Shown here piece by piece: positions 26,548 through 44,266 of a DNA stretch of 63,698 bases. A program made the translations under genes and the position numbers. This DNA comes from Salpingoeca rosetta (lineage: Eukaryota > Protista > Choanoflagellata). The notes beneath the pieces are model-generated. The model was not told where the DNA came from. It did not search any database and saw nothing but the letters and a program-made list of their open reading frames with translations. The stretch lies in NCBI GenBank assembly GCA_033442325.1, contig JAWQFM010000007.1, forward strand, positions 315,421-379,118. The letters are read 5' to 3'. Numbering within the stretch: the first letter of the stretch is position 1; every line of letters starts with the position of its first letter.

Positions 26548-29500
26548 ATGTGCGCGATGCTTATGGTTATATTGTGTGTGTGTGGGGGGGGGGCTGCCAT
26601 CCTGTAACGACAAGCGTTGATGCGCTCTTCTGACGAGTGGATCGTGCAATGTGTGCATATACACGTGTGCGTGCGCATGTGTGTGCATGTGTGCGCATGT
26701 GTACAGGAGCTATCGCCGGCAGAAAAGGCGACATTGGACCGCGTCATCAACCGTGGACTCACACAAGTCGGATCCCTGGATAGGGACATTGTCATTCGTA
26801 CGTTTGTCTTCTTGCTGCAGTGCAGGGGGCGCTCTGTGTGTTTATGTTGTTCTCGAGCCCTCACTTGCGGCAATGTGCACTCATGCAAGTGGAGAACAAC
26901 ACATACGCACGCGTAACCTTGCCAACTACACGAGCACACACACACATGTTATCTCGTGCACACACGGTCTCACACACACACACGCACCAAAATGCGGACC
27001 ATCACGCACGCGCAGGGCTGTTCCAGAAGCAGCTGTTCTATCTTGACGTGCCGATTGAGGACGATGCATACATTGTGGTGCCGCCGCTGGAAGGGTTTGT
27101 CATGAACCGCGTGCTCGGCGACTATCTCGAGACCCTCCTCTACCAGGTCTGCTGTTGTGATAGTGGTGGTTTGGGGGGGGGGGGAGGGAGGGGGAGGAGA
27201 AGTGTATGTACTTGTGTTTAGAGGAAGTCGAAACGTGTGACTCGTGGGTGCTGGGGTGAGTTGTGTGGGTATGTGTATGGCTGTGTCTGCGACTGTGGTG
27301 GCGAAGAAGAATGTACAGGCATGTCGATGTGTGGGCGTGCACTTGATTTACAGCCATTTCATGCGCCGTCACAAGCTGACCTGTGACGGGCGTGCTCTCG
27401 GCCACCATCACAACCATCACAACCATCACAACCATCGTCACTACCACCATCACTCGCGTGCGCTGCAGATCTTTGTGTCTATTGACCAGAACACGACGGT
27501 GAAGGAGATGGCAGAGGTGCTTCAGATTGACTTACAGCAGGCACGTGATCATCACTCACACACTTCTTCGTACCACATGTTGCTGCTGTTCCATGGGGGT
27601 GAACAATGTCTTGGTTCTTGTTTGCCCCACGTCCCGTACGCAGTGTACTGCACGCATCATGGCTCACGCGCGCAACCTGTTTCTCCCGCACACACGCATG
27701 CACATGCACACGCATACACACATACACACGCATGCGTGTGCAGGTGAAGGACGCTGTGTCGATGTACTGTCGTCTTGGATTCGCACGGAAGAAAGTTCCG
27801 CCCGTCGCCCGGGATGGCCTGCACAAGTCCTGGCTCAAAGGTGCGCATGTGCACGCTGGTGGACGAAGAGATGAGAGAAATGACACCACTGGTGTGACGT
27901 GTCGAGAAGATCATCTCGTTTGCTCTCGCATTGCATCCACGTTGTTCATTTACACGTATTTGCAGCAGGCACAAGCCACACAAGCACATAAACGTACACA
28001 CAAGCACACATGCACAGACAAGTAGCGCTAACAATACACAACGCGCGCTTACCAAAGCAATGTGCCCCATTTGTTCTCACGACAATGGCACCACGTTCGT
28101 CGCTCTCCTCCCACACCCGCCTTCCCTTCCTCCACCACCACAACTGCTGCAGTTCCTGGGCAGCACAAAGGAGAGGCGATGGCTGCGATAGCCTCGTCGT
28201 CGTCACTGGAGCGCCAACAGCCGGCAGATGGGGCGCAGGGGCGGTCTCTGCTGGAGGAGAGCGAGGCAGCAACGCGCACACCACGCATTGCGTTCCTCTT
28301 CGACTCCACGCTGGCGGCGTTCCTCATGATGGGAAACCTCAGTCCCGGTCTCAAGAAGCACGCTGTCACCCTGTTTGAGGTGCCGCTTCTGCTCGCTCGT
28401 TACGCGTGTGCGTGTGCGTGTGCGTGTGCATGTGGGTTTGTTGTGTGCGTGTAGGTGGTTGCGCGTGTGGATGCTTGCGCCTGCGTGCTCGTGTGTGTGT
28501 TTTCTACTTGTGCACGGTCGTGTGCGGCCCTTTCCTTTCAGGGTTAGCGCTTGATTTCATCCTCAGCCCACGTTCTGAGCCGCATCCTCTGACTCGCGTG
28601 CACACACATACACACACCCACATACACACCCACACACACACTCACATACACACATACACACACTCACATGCACACCCACACACACTCACATACACACATA
28701 CACACACTCACATGCACACCCACACACCCACACACTCACATACACAACCACACACATGGACATGAACATGTCAGGCGGGCAAGCTGTCTGATGAGACGGT
28801 GCTTGAACTCATCTCTGAGCTTGAGTTGACCGAAACGCTGATGGATGGCGACGCGCGCGAATATTCCGATCACGCCATCGCCCTTCGTGAAACTCTCAAG
28901 GCCCTGAGGCGAAACCCAGCCCTGTTTGCTCAGGTGACCGGTTCTGTGTATGTTTTTGTTTGTGTTTTTGTTTGTGGTTTTGGTCTGTGTGTGTGCATTT
29001 TTGACTTGTGCCCTGAAACCACTTTAACCACTGTCTGACACTGACGCGAGCTTCACGCTGACAACTGGCATCCTCACAGCCCAACCGATCGGACGAAGAC
29101 ACGAGCGACGGTGATGACGACCAGCAAAACCAGCCACAGGAACAGCAGCGGGAGGAGGAACAGGAGGAGCTGGCGCTGAGTTGCGGTGCTGGTGTTGATC
29201 TCGTGCGCTTTGAGAGCCTGGCGGCGCTCAACGAACAAACGCAGCGACGTGTGCTCGCCCGCAACTATATGGTGAGGCGAAAAGCCATCTTGTTACTGTT
29301 CATGTGGTGGTCATCGTGCTGTGTACGATGACTGCGTCTGCTGCCAATGCTGGTGCTGCTTGTTGATAAGTGAGCACATGTATTCACACACACACCTTTA
29401 CACACTCTCACGCATCCTCACACAAACGCACACATACATTCACACATCCCCCTCTTCTCCAAAGGCGCTGGTGACAATGACGCCTCTCAGCCCGGACGTG

Positions 29501-30709
29501 CGCTCCATCACGGGGTGAGGCGCCGGTGTTGCTCGCCTGCCGGTGTCTGTTGAGAGTATGCGTACATGCGCGCCGTGCGAGTGTGTGTGTGTGTGTGTGT
29601 GTGCGTTTGCGTGCACGTGACCTGTGTCCTGGTGATATTTGAATATATGTGCTCTCGATGTGCCGCATGTTCGTGTTGAGTGCTGAAATGCATTCAACTT
29701 TTCATTGCGTTGACATCGACACGTCTGCTGCTCGTTGCAGCGCGCTGCAAATGCCAATTCTTGGTCCGCCTCGCTCCGAGTTTACATCGCCGTGGTTCAA
29801 GCTCTTTCTCTACGCAAGCGTGCGTGCACGTTTGCGTGTGTGTGTGCGTATGTGTGTATATGTGTGTGCGTGTGCGTGTGTGGTGTGGTATGTTGGTTGG
29901 AAGCAACAGAGTATGCGCGTGCCATGTGACCTGTAGTCGCTGACTGTCAGGTTCACTGTGAACGCTTTGCGATCGTCCACCCCTTTCCCACCTCTTCAAT
30001 GCTCGCCCAACGCACCACGCCGCCACGCTTAAACAGGTGTTGACGGGTCCAGAGTCACTGTTCATCATGGCGGGAACCGTGCTCAACCAATTACCGAAAT
30101 CCTTGGCAAGATACTCGACAGTTCTCCTCACCACGTGGAAGCATGAGCCCACCGTCACGTCGACGGCGAGCCTGCTCATCACACTCAACGGTGCGGGAAC
30201 CAGCACCATGCCCTGCACATCGTGTGTATGTGTGACTGTGGGCATCATTGTCAATCCGTTGCTTTGTGTCAAGGCAGCAGATCACAGTGATGTTCGTTAC
30301 GCCACACTCATTCGCTCGCTCACCCACTCCACCACAGTACAAATCACTTCACTCATGTTCATTTACGCAAACACACACACACTGTCACACACACACACAC
30401 ACTCTGTCTCTCACACTCACACAAGCACACACACACACACACACACACTCTCTCTCTCATCCCGCGCCCACATGTTCCTGCCCCTCTCCGGGACTACATG
30501 CAGACGCCCTTGCACAAGGCCCCGTGTTTGTGCAAGGTCTGGCCACACGTGCACAGGAGTGCCAACTCGTGCACGTTCCGTTTTCGCTGCCAACACGCGA
30601 ACACATGGACACCCTCGCATCATCAGCTTCATCCGTGCCGGTCACGAGTGCCGCCCCCGCAGCACCAGCCAGCAGCGCCGATGGCGACGCATCCACCCCC
30701 AGCTCAAGA

Positions 30710-30758
<49 letters not shown>

Positions 30759-32638
30759 CTGAGATGGCGCAAAACTTGATTGACTTGGGCGGTTCAAGCA
30801 GTACGGATGATCACGATGCGACAACTGCAGCGGCAACAACAGCAACCAATGGCAGCGGGTCTGGTGAAGACACTGCCCAAGCCAGTTCTGCTGTCCCTGC
30901 TGATACCGCCGCTGGCGTGGATCTGTCAAACCTGCCTGACGGGTTTTCGCCGCTGCTGGTTGGCCGAACAGCGATGCGTCGTGGAGAGGCCGTGTCCATC
31001 ACGGAGGAAGGCGCACAGCTGCTGGGGAGACGGGCACGAGCAACGTATGCACGTGCGCTCACCCGCCCCTGGGGCCGTGGTGCCCATGGTGCTGGTGCTG
31101 GTGGTGATGGTGATGGTGATGGTGATGGTGATGGTGATGGTGATGTGGATGCGGAGAAGACAGACATGGCGCCAGCAACAGAGGCAATGCCACTCGCAGC
31201 AACATCAAACACGCCAGCAGTCTCAACAACAGCAGCCAACACAGCAGCGCCATCGTCGTACGCAGACGTGATGCAAGCAGTGTTGGATTCGCGCGAGATG
31301 AGGCACGTGCGCGATCGTCTTCATCTTCGCAGCCGCGTTGGATACATCACCCTCGTGAAGGTCACAGGCAGCGGTCTTGACAGCGGTGGCGCCGGTGTTG
31401 CTGGGCACGGTGGCGATGAGGTGCAGGGTGGGAGCAACAATGAAGAACCACGTGGGCGTGGTGATAGCGTTGATGCTGTATCAGCCAGTGCCACTTGCTT
31501 TGCTGGGAGAATCCAACATGGTGACTCTGGCAGTGATGGAGATGACCAGGACAGCAGCAGCAGCGGCACAAGTGATCAGCGGGAAGCGGTTGTGGCGAAA
31601 CGAAGCAGTGATCTCATTACCCTCGATGACAGTGCCGACAACACCAGCGGCGCCACACAGCAGCAAGTAGAACACGGTCATGTAGGTGGTGGTGATGGCG
31701 GCGATTCGCTTGGAGACGTGCTGGCACGCGTATCTGTTCCGCGGAAGAGCAGCAGCAACGCTTCCGCTGCTGTTGGTGGCGGCAGAAGTGGCAGACGTGG
31801 AGGTGACAGTGCTGGATTGCGTCATGGCGGGTACACCACGTATCATTTCCTCGGCGTCAACTTTGGTGTTCCGTTGTTTGATGAGCAGCTCAACGCTGCG
31901 CTCTGTCTCGCCATGGAATCGCACGCCCTCCTCTCGCGTAAGTTTCTGTGTTTGCTTGGTTGGTTGGTTGGTTGTTCGTGTGTTTGGTTGGTTGTTTGTT
32001 TGGTTGGTTGGTTGGTTGGCTGGTTGGTTGGTTGGTTGTTTGTTTGGTTGGTTGGTTGGTTGGTTGGTTGGTTGGTTGGTTGGGTTGGTTGGTTGGTGGT
32101 TTTGTTCAAAAGTGTGTGCGCGCGCGTGCGCGCGTGTGTGTATGATGTGTGATGTGCTTGTTCCCATGGTGCGTGCAGACACACACATGCTCCTGACGCT
32201 GCCGCGAATAACCTCACAATGACCAACAACCGCCCCCTCGCGTGTGCTGCACACACATCAGCGGCCAATTTGAGCGCCATCCGGGAATCCCAACAGCAGA
32301 TGACAGATGCTCTCCTCCACTTCATTGCTGACCACAAGGTGGGTGTGGCTGTGGCACTCAATGTATGTGATGCTTGTCCTGTGTAGTGCGTGGTCACCTG
32401 TGACTTCAACACCAACACCTGCTCTTTCGACTCCACTCACACCTCCTCATCACCGCTGCTTACGCACCACCACCTCCTCCCTTCATCACCACACCACGGC
32501 CACCCTTGGTTTCGCCATTACCAACAGGGCTGCTTGGAGGACACGAATCCCAACCAAGCGCAGCCCGCGCTGTGGCCGCTGCCAACAACACACCTGCACT
32601 TTGACGGCTCCCGTGTCACGCAACTCTCTCGCCTCTAG
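24499..32638 (+). CDS. FAM91A1: FAM91A1 (WDR11 complex, endosome-to-Golgi vesicle tethering)
   Basis: Exons encode [115 protein letters not shown] and FGVPLFD. Confidence 0.95.
31956..32097. repeat. (TGGT)n intronic microsatellite
   Basis: Imperfect tandem TGGT in a FAM91A1 intron. Confidence 0.85.
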
Positions 32639-32652
32639 CCGGATGTGTGTGT

Positions 32653-32686
<34 letters not shown>

Positions 32687-32914
32687 TGCACGGGCATTGG
32701 CTCGTTGTCCCTGGCAAGGAAGGCACGATTGGCATCGTTCACATCAGTTACTCAATCCAACTTGTTCATTTTGCGAGGAAGTAACGTTACACTCAATTTA
32801 ACAAGTCAACAAGGCAAAACGCCATTGCCCCCCCCCCCTCTCTCTTTCACTCGAGCGGCGATGCACGACGCACAGCACAAACGCCACCAAGAGTGTGTGG
32901 AGTGTGCGTGGCCA

Positions 32915-35586
<2,672 letters not shown>

Positions 35587-35791
35587 CTTCGTGCTTGTCC
35601 TTCGAGGGTTGGAACTGAATTCAGTAACAGCTGTCAGGGATGACGGGCACGGTGATGATTCTTGGAAGTCATCCACCACCCTTCGCTGTGCCAATTTTGA
35701 ATTTTGCCGGCAACCGACAAACCTCAACAACACCAACGAAGAAGACAAGCAAGTCAAGCAAGCAAGCAAGACAGTTATCGCTGCACCACAT

Positions 35792-35830
<39 letters not shown>

Positions 35831-35899
35831 GATAGAAACAAGTGAGCCGCACAGGAGCAGGAGCATCACCAGCAGCACCAGCAGAAGGAGCCATCCACC
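35587..35899. promoter_or_regulatory. Putative bidirectional promoter region between NRM and CKAP5
   Basis: 313 bp between divergent start codons; no specific motif identified. Confidence 0.5.
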
Positions 35900-38800
35900 A
35901 TGGCGGCGGAAACCGACTTCTCGGCTCTTTCGCTGCAAGACCGACTCACACACAAGGTGAACGCTTGCTTCCTCTCCACCACTGCTTGAGCTTGCACGAA
36001 CGACAAGTCATCGGCGTCCCACCATATGCACACATGATGACTCAACGAATGCTCTGTGCGCGTGTGTGTATGTGTGCGTGTGTGTGTGTGTGTGTGTATA
36101 TGTGTGTGTGCGTGTGTGTATGTGTGTGTGTGCGTTGCTTCCGCTGTGGTCTTCTTTGGTATTCTCAGGTGTGGAAGGCGCGATTGAGCGCATATGAGGA
36201 GCTTGTGAAGCAGCTCCAGTCGTCCTGCGACGAGGACGCGCTTGCAGAATGGAAACAGTACGTGTCACAGGCTGTGGCAGATCCAAACGTGCCTGCGCAG
36301 CTGCAAGGCCTGGAGTTTGCCCTGGTGTGGCTCGAAAACGCCCCAAAGCGCCTTGTCCCCGTCTCAGACATCGCCCAGGCCATCGTGGCAAAGGGCCTGA
36401 ACGCATCAAAGACACAGACCAAGGTAATGTCCACTCTCTCGTCCATCGACGCGAAAACTGTGGTTGGAAGTGGATGCATGCGTGAATTTATGTGCGTATG
36501 CGCGCGCATGTGTGTGTGCGCGTTTCTTTGGTGCGTGCACCTTGGGTGCCGCCAGTCTTGTTAGACAAGCACATTGTTGTGTGGACGCATGTGTTGTGCA
36601 GTCGAGTGCATGCGCGTGCTCTCAACTATTCCGCTCAGCCCTCACCACACGCACCCGCACACATGTCGCCAACTCGACACGCCGTTGCTGTGTACAGGAG
36701 AAAGTTCAGGAGCTATGCCTGCTCTTGATTGAGGTCGGCGAGCAGCCAGAGGCCGTCATTGAGGCACTTGCTGGAGCATGCTCTGCCAAGCAGCCCAAGG
36801 TCGTTGCCACGGCAGCAAGCCTCCTCACATCGTGCCTCGAAGCCTTTGGCGCGAAAGTCATCAACCCAAAGCTCTTCCTCAAGGTCTGTGTGTGTGCGTG
36901 TGTGTGTGTGTGTCTGTGCTTCGATGTGAACCTTCCCGTGCAGCCTCGCCTCTCATCACTCAGACGTGTACTCTCGCTCACAGCCCCTCCTCACTACCAC
37001 ATCAAACACGCGCGCACACGACATCTCGATGCAGAAAACTGTGGGCGTACTTGGCCACACAAACAAGATGGCACGCGAGGAAGGGAAGAACCTCGTCACA
37101 GAGATGCACCGGTGGCTCGGCGACGCCATCAAGCCATCCCTCTCTGACATCAAGCCCGTCATGGTGAGCAGCAGCAGCAGCACGTGGCGCCCGTCTGACA
37201 CGTGTTTGTTCAAAGAAGTGGTGTTTTGCTGTGGGCGATCGCGTATGGATCGGCTGCCCACCCCTGTCATTCGTTGTGTCAGGGATTCTCCTGTGCGCGA
37301 CAGCTGGCAAAACACACACACACACATACACACGCAGACACATACACACACGCACATATACACGGACATGTACACACATACACATACGCCCTCACACGCA
37401 CCTGTCTGGTCTGCGATGTTGCTTGCCGCTACAGATGAAGGAGCTTGAAGACGAGTGGGCAAAGCAAGAGGGCGTGAAGCCCAAACCAACCCGCCGCCTT
37501 CGCTCTGCCGCCAAGAAGGCAGCAGCAGCAGCACAGCAGCAAGGTGATGCTGCTGATGGCAGTGATGCGAATATCAACAACGACGACAACGGTGATGGTG
37601 ATGATGACGATGATGATGACGAGGAAGAAGTTGACGCATATGAGCTGGCAGACGCCGTGAACGCACTGTCGAAGATCCCCAAGTCGTTTGAGTCTGACCT
37701 GAAGGAGAGCAAGTGGTCCATCAGGCGTGATGCGCTGCAGAGTGCGCTCACGGCCCTCTCCGCTGTCAAGCTCGCTGATGGCGACTACGGCGACCTCGTT
37801 CGCCTCTTCATACGCGTACGTGAGGCTGAGAGGGGGGCACCTGCGCCGATGTGGTTGTCGTGTATGGTTGTGTTGGTGCGCGAGAGCGTGTGTGTGTGTG
37901 TGGTTGTGTGTGTGTGTGTGTGTGTGTGTGCGGCACATACTGTTGTGGACGAACTGCACTGCTGTCGAGCGTTGTCACATGTGTTGTCCTGTCGATGAAC
38001 AACACGCACGTATACACATACACGTGCACACACGTGCACATACATTCCCAAGAACTATCTCGTTCACCCGCTTGCTCACGCTTGTGCATGCCGCCCCTGT
38101 CTGTCCCACGCAAACAGGTGGTGGCGAATGACTCCAACGTGATCAACGTGGCGCTGGCCACGGATTGCATTGGTGCCATTGCTTCCGGACTGCGGGACCG
38201 CTTCTCCCCGTACGCCCCTCTTGTCTTTGAAAGCATGCTTGACAAGTTTAAGGAGAAGAAGCTGAACGTGGTGACCGCGCTGCACAAGGCGGTGCCGGCA
38301 GTGCTGGCGCAGATGCCAACAGACAAGGCTGTGGAGACGCTCGTAGCGTCCATCAAGCAGAAGAACCCACTGCAGATGCAGCACACAGCCAAGGTGGGTT
38401 TGTTGTTGTTGTTGTTGTTGGTGGTGGTGGGGGTGGTGGGGGTGGTGGATTCATTAGTACGGCTTGTGGATGTGCTCGCCATACGCTTCATGTGCTCCCC
38501 ATTTTCTTTTCGTCTTTCATTTTTCTCTCTCTCCTTCCCCTCAATTCATGTTGTCGCCTCCCCACACAATCACACATCGACTAATCCGCACCCATCTGGC
38601 CCTTTGCATGCGTGTGTGCGTGCGACACCAGGTTGTGTCCGAAAGCCTTAGCAGGCTGTCGAAGAAGCCGCTTGGGAAGAGTCACGTGTCGTCGTTGGCC
38701 GCTGCGCTGGTTGCATGCCTCACTGCCCGCGAGCCAGCCGTCCGCGAGAGCGCAGCAACAGCCCTCTCCGCTCTCATTGCTGTGAGTCGGCCAAGCTGCA

Positions 38801-41423
38801 CTTGCTTGTGTGTGTGTGTGTGTTGTGTATGTCGTGTGTGCACATGTCGTGTGCGTGCTAGTGTGTTGTGTATGTCGTGTGTGTACATATGCATGTTGCG
38901 TGACATTCTGCACTTCATCATCCTGTCCCCTCCCCCGGTCAAACGCACCAACTTTTCACTTCTTCGTGCCCCTTCCTCATTACCCGTTCAGCTGTTGTCC
39001 CTCACCCCCTACCCAACACACACACGAACAGCACTCTGGAGAGAAGTTTGTTCGCCCGCAGCTTGCAGACGTCGACAAGAAGAAGGCTGACAAGATCATT
39101 GCCAACGCCAGCAGTGTCGGGGCGTCACCATCGTCATCATCAACGTCAACCGCCCCGTGGTCCTCCAAGGCGGCAGGAACGAAGAAAGCTGCCGCGAAGA
39201 AGAGCAGCAGTGCTGGTGCGAGCAATGGCCGTCCTAAAGCGTCACGCGCATCGTCAGCATCATCATCGTCATCGTCGTCTGTCGCTGCAAGCAAGGCCGG
39301 TCGCCCAAAGCGAACAAAGGCAGCCGGGGTTAAGAAGTCGACGGCGCGGAAATCCGTCGCAGCGGTGCGTTGCTCCTGTCATTGAGTCGAAGTTTGTTTG
39401 AATGTATACATGTCTGTGGAGTTGTGTGTGAATGTGTGAATGTCTGTGGAGTTGTGTGTGTGAATGTGTGAATGTGTGAAGGCGCTTATGCGTGTAGTTG
39501 CAGTTCTTATCGTTGTGAGTGTGCATTACACGTTTCAGTGGCACACAATAGTCAATGTGTGTGACATTCCATCTTGAAGACATGCTCACGCGACAATTTC
39601 TTATTGGTGTTGTTCTGCAGTCGAAGAAAGGTAGCAGCGGAAGCAAGAAGGTGGCAGACAGCGTTGAGCCTGTCTCCTTTCCAGAGATGAGCCCAGATGC
39701 TGTAAGTCCTTTTGCGCTGGTTCGAGTGAGGCTGCGTTTACGCGTACGCTGAGTCTACTTCCCATCACAACGGCGGTTTTCCCCAACACATGCACTTGCC
39801 CACATGCATACGTACAGTACACACTCGCTCGAACACACGCGCTTTCTCGCACACACGCGGTCACCATCACCATCACCATCACCATCACCATCACCATCAC
39901 CATCACCATCACCATCACCACCGCTATGACCACGTGCGTAGGCTGAGGCCGCTGTGCAGGCGCTTGTATCCGGCGGAGCAATTGAGCTGATGAAGAGCAG
40001 CGCGTGGAAGGAGAAACTCGAAGGCGCAACGGCCCTCAAGGCGGCCCTGGACAAGGAAGACAGCGTTGATGCCTCCACGGCCATGGCCATCTTTGCATTC
40101 GCAGAGACGCGCACTCGGCAGTGGAAGGAGACAAACTTCCAGGTGCGTACCAGTGATGCTGATGTTCGAAGATATTTCGTGTCGCACACGACAGCACATC
40201 GAGCCCACACACGCGTGCGAACTGCACTCACACTCCATATCGAGGCCCCAGCTCACACATTTCGCCAAACACACTCACATGTTGCTATGCAACATATGCT
40301 CTCATATATTCAACACACACACACACACGCACCACGCTGCGAACACATGCCACCTGTGCCCCTCCTCCTCCTCCTCCTGCTGCTGCTGCTGCTGCTGCAC
40401 AGGTGATGGGCGCGTACATTGAGGCGCTATCTGCCGCCGCGTCCAAGGCATCGCCGTCATGCCCGGATCGCGCTGTCGACATGATCGTGCCCCCACTCGT
40501 CGACAAGCTTGCTGACGTGAAGGTTCGTCACCACGCGCTGCTGCTGTTGTCTCATCTTGAAGGCTGGGCTGTCCCGTGCTGCAAGTCGCACTACCTCACC
40601 TGTGCCTATCTCACCATCATGATACCGTTGTCGCTGCCCGCAGCTCCGTGCCCCTGCCAGCGACGCCCTGCTCGTCATGTGTGAGCAGCTTGGGCCAAAC
40701 TTTGTTGTCCTGCGCATGTGCAGCCATGCTTCGTCGCACCGCAGCCCAAAGGTCTGTAGCTCTGCATGTCGTACGTGCGTGCGTGTGTGCGTGTGCGTAC
40801 ATGCGCGCGTGTTAGTATTCGTATGTGTTTGTGCATGTGCGTGTATGTGTGTGCGTGTGTGTGTGCAGTTGTGTGTGTGTGCAGTTGTGTATGTTCGGCG
40901 CATAAGCCTCTTCGCAACTCACAATGCAGTGTTATGCCTCGTCAGGTGCACACGGAGACGTGCAACACCATTGCCAGCATTCTGAATGCGTTTGGCATGC
41001 AGTTGTCTGCAAAGGCCGTCGTCACATTTGCACGCAAGATGCTTGTACGTCAACCATGCAAGCTCATGCGTGCGTGCGTGCGTGCGTTTAACAACATACT
41101 GCACTGCGACGTTTTGTACTTCTTCCTTGCCCGCAATCCCACAGCAGCGCGCATCCTGTCACCATTTGTTCCTCCTCACCGCCATCACGCTCCCCTCCCT
41201 TCCCCACCGCCTCCATGGCTGCAGGCGTCGACCAACGCTGGTGTGCGCACAGCTGCCATTGATATGCTCGGCACCCTCCGCATCTTTGTTGGTCCGTCGC
41301 TCATTTCGCTGTTCCAGGACGAGAAGCCCGCCCTGCTCCAGCTCATCACAGAGAAGTTTGACAAGGTGTGTTGCGTGGTGTGTTTGTGTGCATGTGTATG
41401 TGTGCGCGCCTGCGCTTGTTATG

Positions 41424-41464
<41 letters not shown>

Positions 41465-44216
41465 TGCTTGCGTGTTTTCTTGGTGTTGGCTCAAACTATG
41501 GCTCACTTTGTGCACACCCAACCTCCATCATCCCTCACGCACACGCATACGCATACAAACGCATTCACACACACATACACGCATACACATACATGCATAT
41601 ACACATACAAACGCATTCACACACACATGCACACATGCACATGTCAGGTGAGTGGAGAAAAGGCGCCCGCCGCGTCGCGTCACGTGCGGGGCGCAAAGAA
41701 ATCGTCATCGTCCTCCAACGCTGGTGACGATGATGATGACGATGATAACGATGACGACGATGGTGCTGGTGCTGACGACAACGACAACGACGATGCTGGT
41801 GCTGAGGAAGACGAGGATGATGAGGATGACGATGCGCAGGAGCCGGATGATGATGTGCTGCCGCGCGAAAAGCTGTCGGACCACGTGCCCGCTGACGTCA
41901 TCACGAGCATCGGTGACAAGTCGTGGAAGGTTCGCAACGAAGGTCTACAGCAGTTGGGCGACATTTTGAAACGCCACCAGCGCCTGACGCCAGACCTTGG
42001 CGACGTGCTGATTGCCCTGAAGGCACGTCTCTCTGACAGCAACAAGAACCTGATTATCATCACGCTGCACCATCTGACTGCGATTGGCGCAGCCATGGGG
42101 GCCAAGGGGTGCCGGCAAAATCTCAACCACATCTTGCCAGAGGTGCTGCAGAACTTGGCCGACAACAAGGACGCAGTCCGCACCGCTGTCACAGATGTCC
42201 TTACCACGTGGCGCAAATACGCAGGCATTGGCCCTTTCTTCGAGGTTCGCGCACGTGTGTTTGCTTGTGTGTGTGTGTATGCGTGTACGTGTGTGCGTGT
42301 GCGTGTGCGTGTGCGTGTGCGTGTACGTGTGTGCGTGGATGCGCGCGTATGTTGTTGTATTGATGTGACTGTGCAAACATAAGCGTAACACTCACGTCAG
42401 CGCCTTCCTCTTTTCTTCCTGGGCAACATAGGGCGATGCGGTTGCCAGCTGTCTTGCATCTGGAAAACCAAACGCGCAGGCCGGCATCCTCACGTGGATG
42501 AGCGAGCAGCTCTCAGCCATCAAGAACCCAAAGAAGGTGTGGTGGTGTTGCTGTCTGGCGTGTGCATGTGTGTGTGCCGGCGTGCATGTGTGTGTGTGTG
42601 TGCGCGCGCGCGCGTGTGTGTGTGTGTGGTTTGTGGTTTCGAAGCAGTGATGAGAGTGGGGCAAGCATCTGCTATTGATTTCTACCGTCGCTGTGTTGTC
42701 AACGTCACGTGGTGCACCTCCTCATCTTCCTTCTCCTTGCGCGTGTATGGCTGCAGCTGCCACCCCTCAAGACGATCGTGAAGCCTGTCATGCAGTGCTT
42801 GCAACACCGCAACCCAGCCGTGCGTAAGGCTGCGCAAGGCATTGTCCCGGTACGTCGTGGGTTGCTTTGCAAGCGTTCTGTATGCACGCGCGTGTGCGCG
42901 CGCGCGTGTGTGTGTATGTGTGTGCGCGTGAGAGTGCGAGGATGCTCTGTTTACCATTCACTCTTGTGGAATGAGACTTGGTTCTATCGCTTGCCATGCC
43001 TGGAGCGTATCATGACATGCAAGTATCCAACTCTTTCCTGCTCTTTCCTGCTCTTTCATGGTCTTTCATGATCTTTCATGATCTTCCTTTGTCTCACCTG
43101 TTTGTTGAATCACGCCACACCACCACCAATACCATCACCACCCCCAACTCCTGCTGAAACAACAGGAGGTTGCTCGGTCCATTGGCATTGATCGGATGCG
43201 TAAGCTTGCAGGCACACTGCCGTCGTCAGCCAAGGACGTTGTTGTTGGCATGCTCGACGCCATGCCTGCAGGCAGCGACAGTACCGCTGCTGCCGGTGGT
43301 AACGGAAAGAAGGCCGGTGGGAAGAAGAGCAAGGCGGCAGCCGCGCCGAAAGCGAAGAAGCAAGCGGGCAGCGATGCTTCAAGTGATGATGACTCATCCG
43401 CCACAGCAAAGCCCACAAAGGCCAAGCGAGGCGCCTCAAAGGTAATCGTATGTGCATGTGCGTGTGTGCACATGTGCGTGATGGCGTATGTGAGCGTGCA
43501 CATGTGCGTGCTGGCGTATGTGAGCGTGCGTGTACTTGTGCATTTGTGGGCGCAAATGTGTGGTACTTCATGGGTGTAGCTTTGAGAGCGTGCGCGCATG
43601 TGTGTGCGCGCACTTAACGCTTTCATTGTACTCACCGCAGGCCTTCCATTCACCTCGTTGTGTGCACGTATGTGTATATTCAGCCCGACGCGTCCAAGGG
43701 CAAGAAGACGTCATCGTCATCGGTTGCATCGACCGCCGCTGCTGCCGGCGCCTCCAGCACGCTGCCGCTCGGCGCCGATCCGAAGAAGCAGCAGCGCATT
43801 CGCGACGACAAGGCACACAAGGTGGGCTGGTGGCGGTGGGATGGTGGTGACAGCTCTGAACTGTAATCTGACACATGGTTGCACGTGTGTGTGCGCGCGC
43901 GCGTGTGTGAAGTCTTCTTGTTGGCCAACTCCATGTCTTGTTCTTCTGCTCACATGTCATCACACACTCACACATGCACGCACGCACACACACACGCACG
44001 TGCACTCCATTTTCCTTGTGCCCATATCTGCGTGTTTGGATGTGCCAGTCTCTCAAGTGGAACTTTACCACTCCGCGTGAGGAGTACGTGCAACAGCTGC
44101 AGAACCAGCTCAAGCCCATCGTCTCCAAGGAATTGCTGACTCAGCTCTTTTCAGACGACTTTAAGGACCACTGCAAAGCCATCGACGTCCTCCACAAGGT
44201 GTGCATGCGTGTGCAC

Positions 44217-44266
<50 letters not shown>

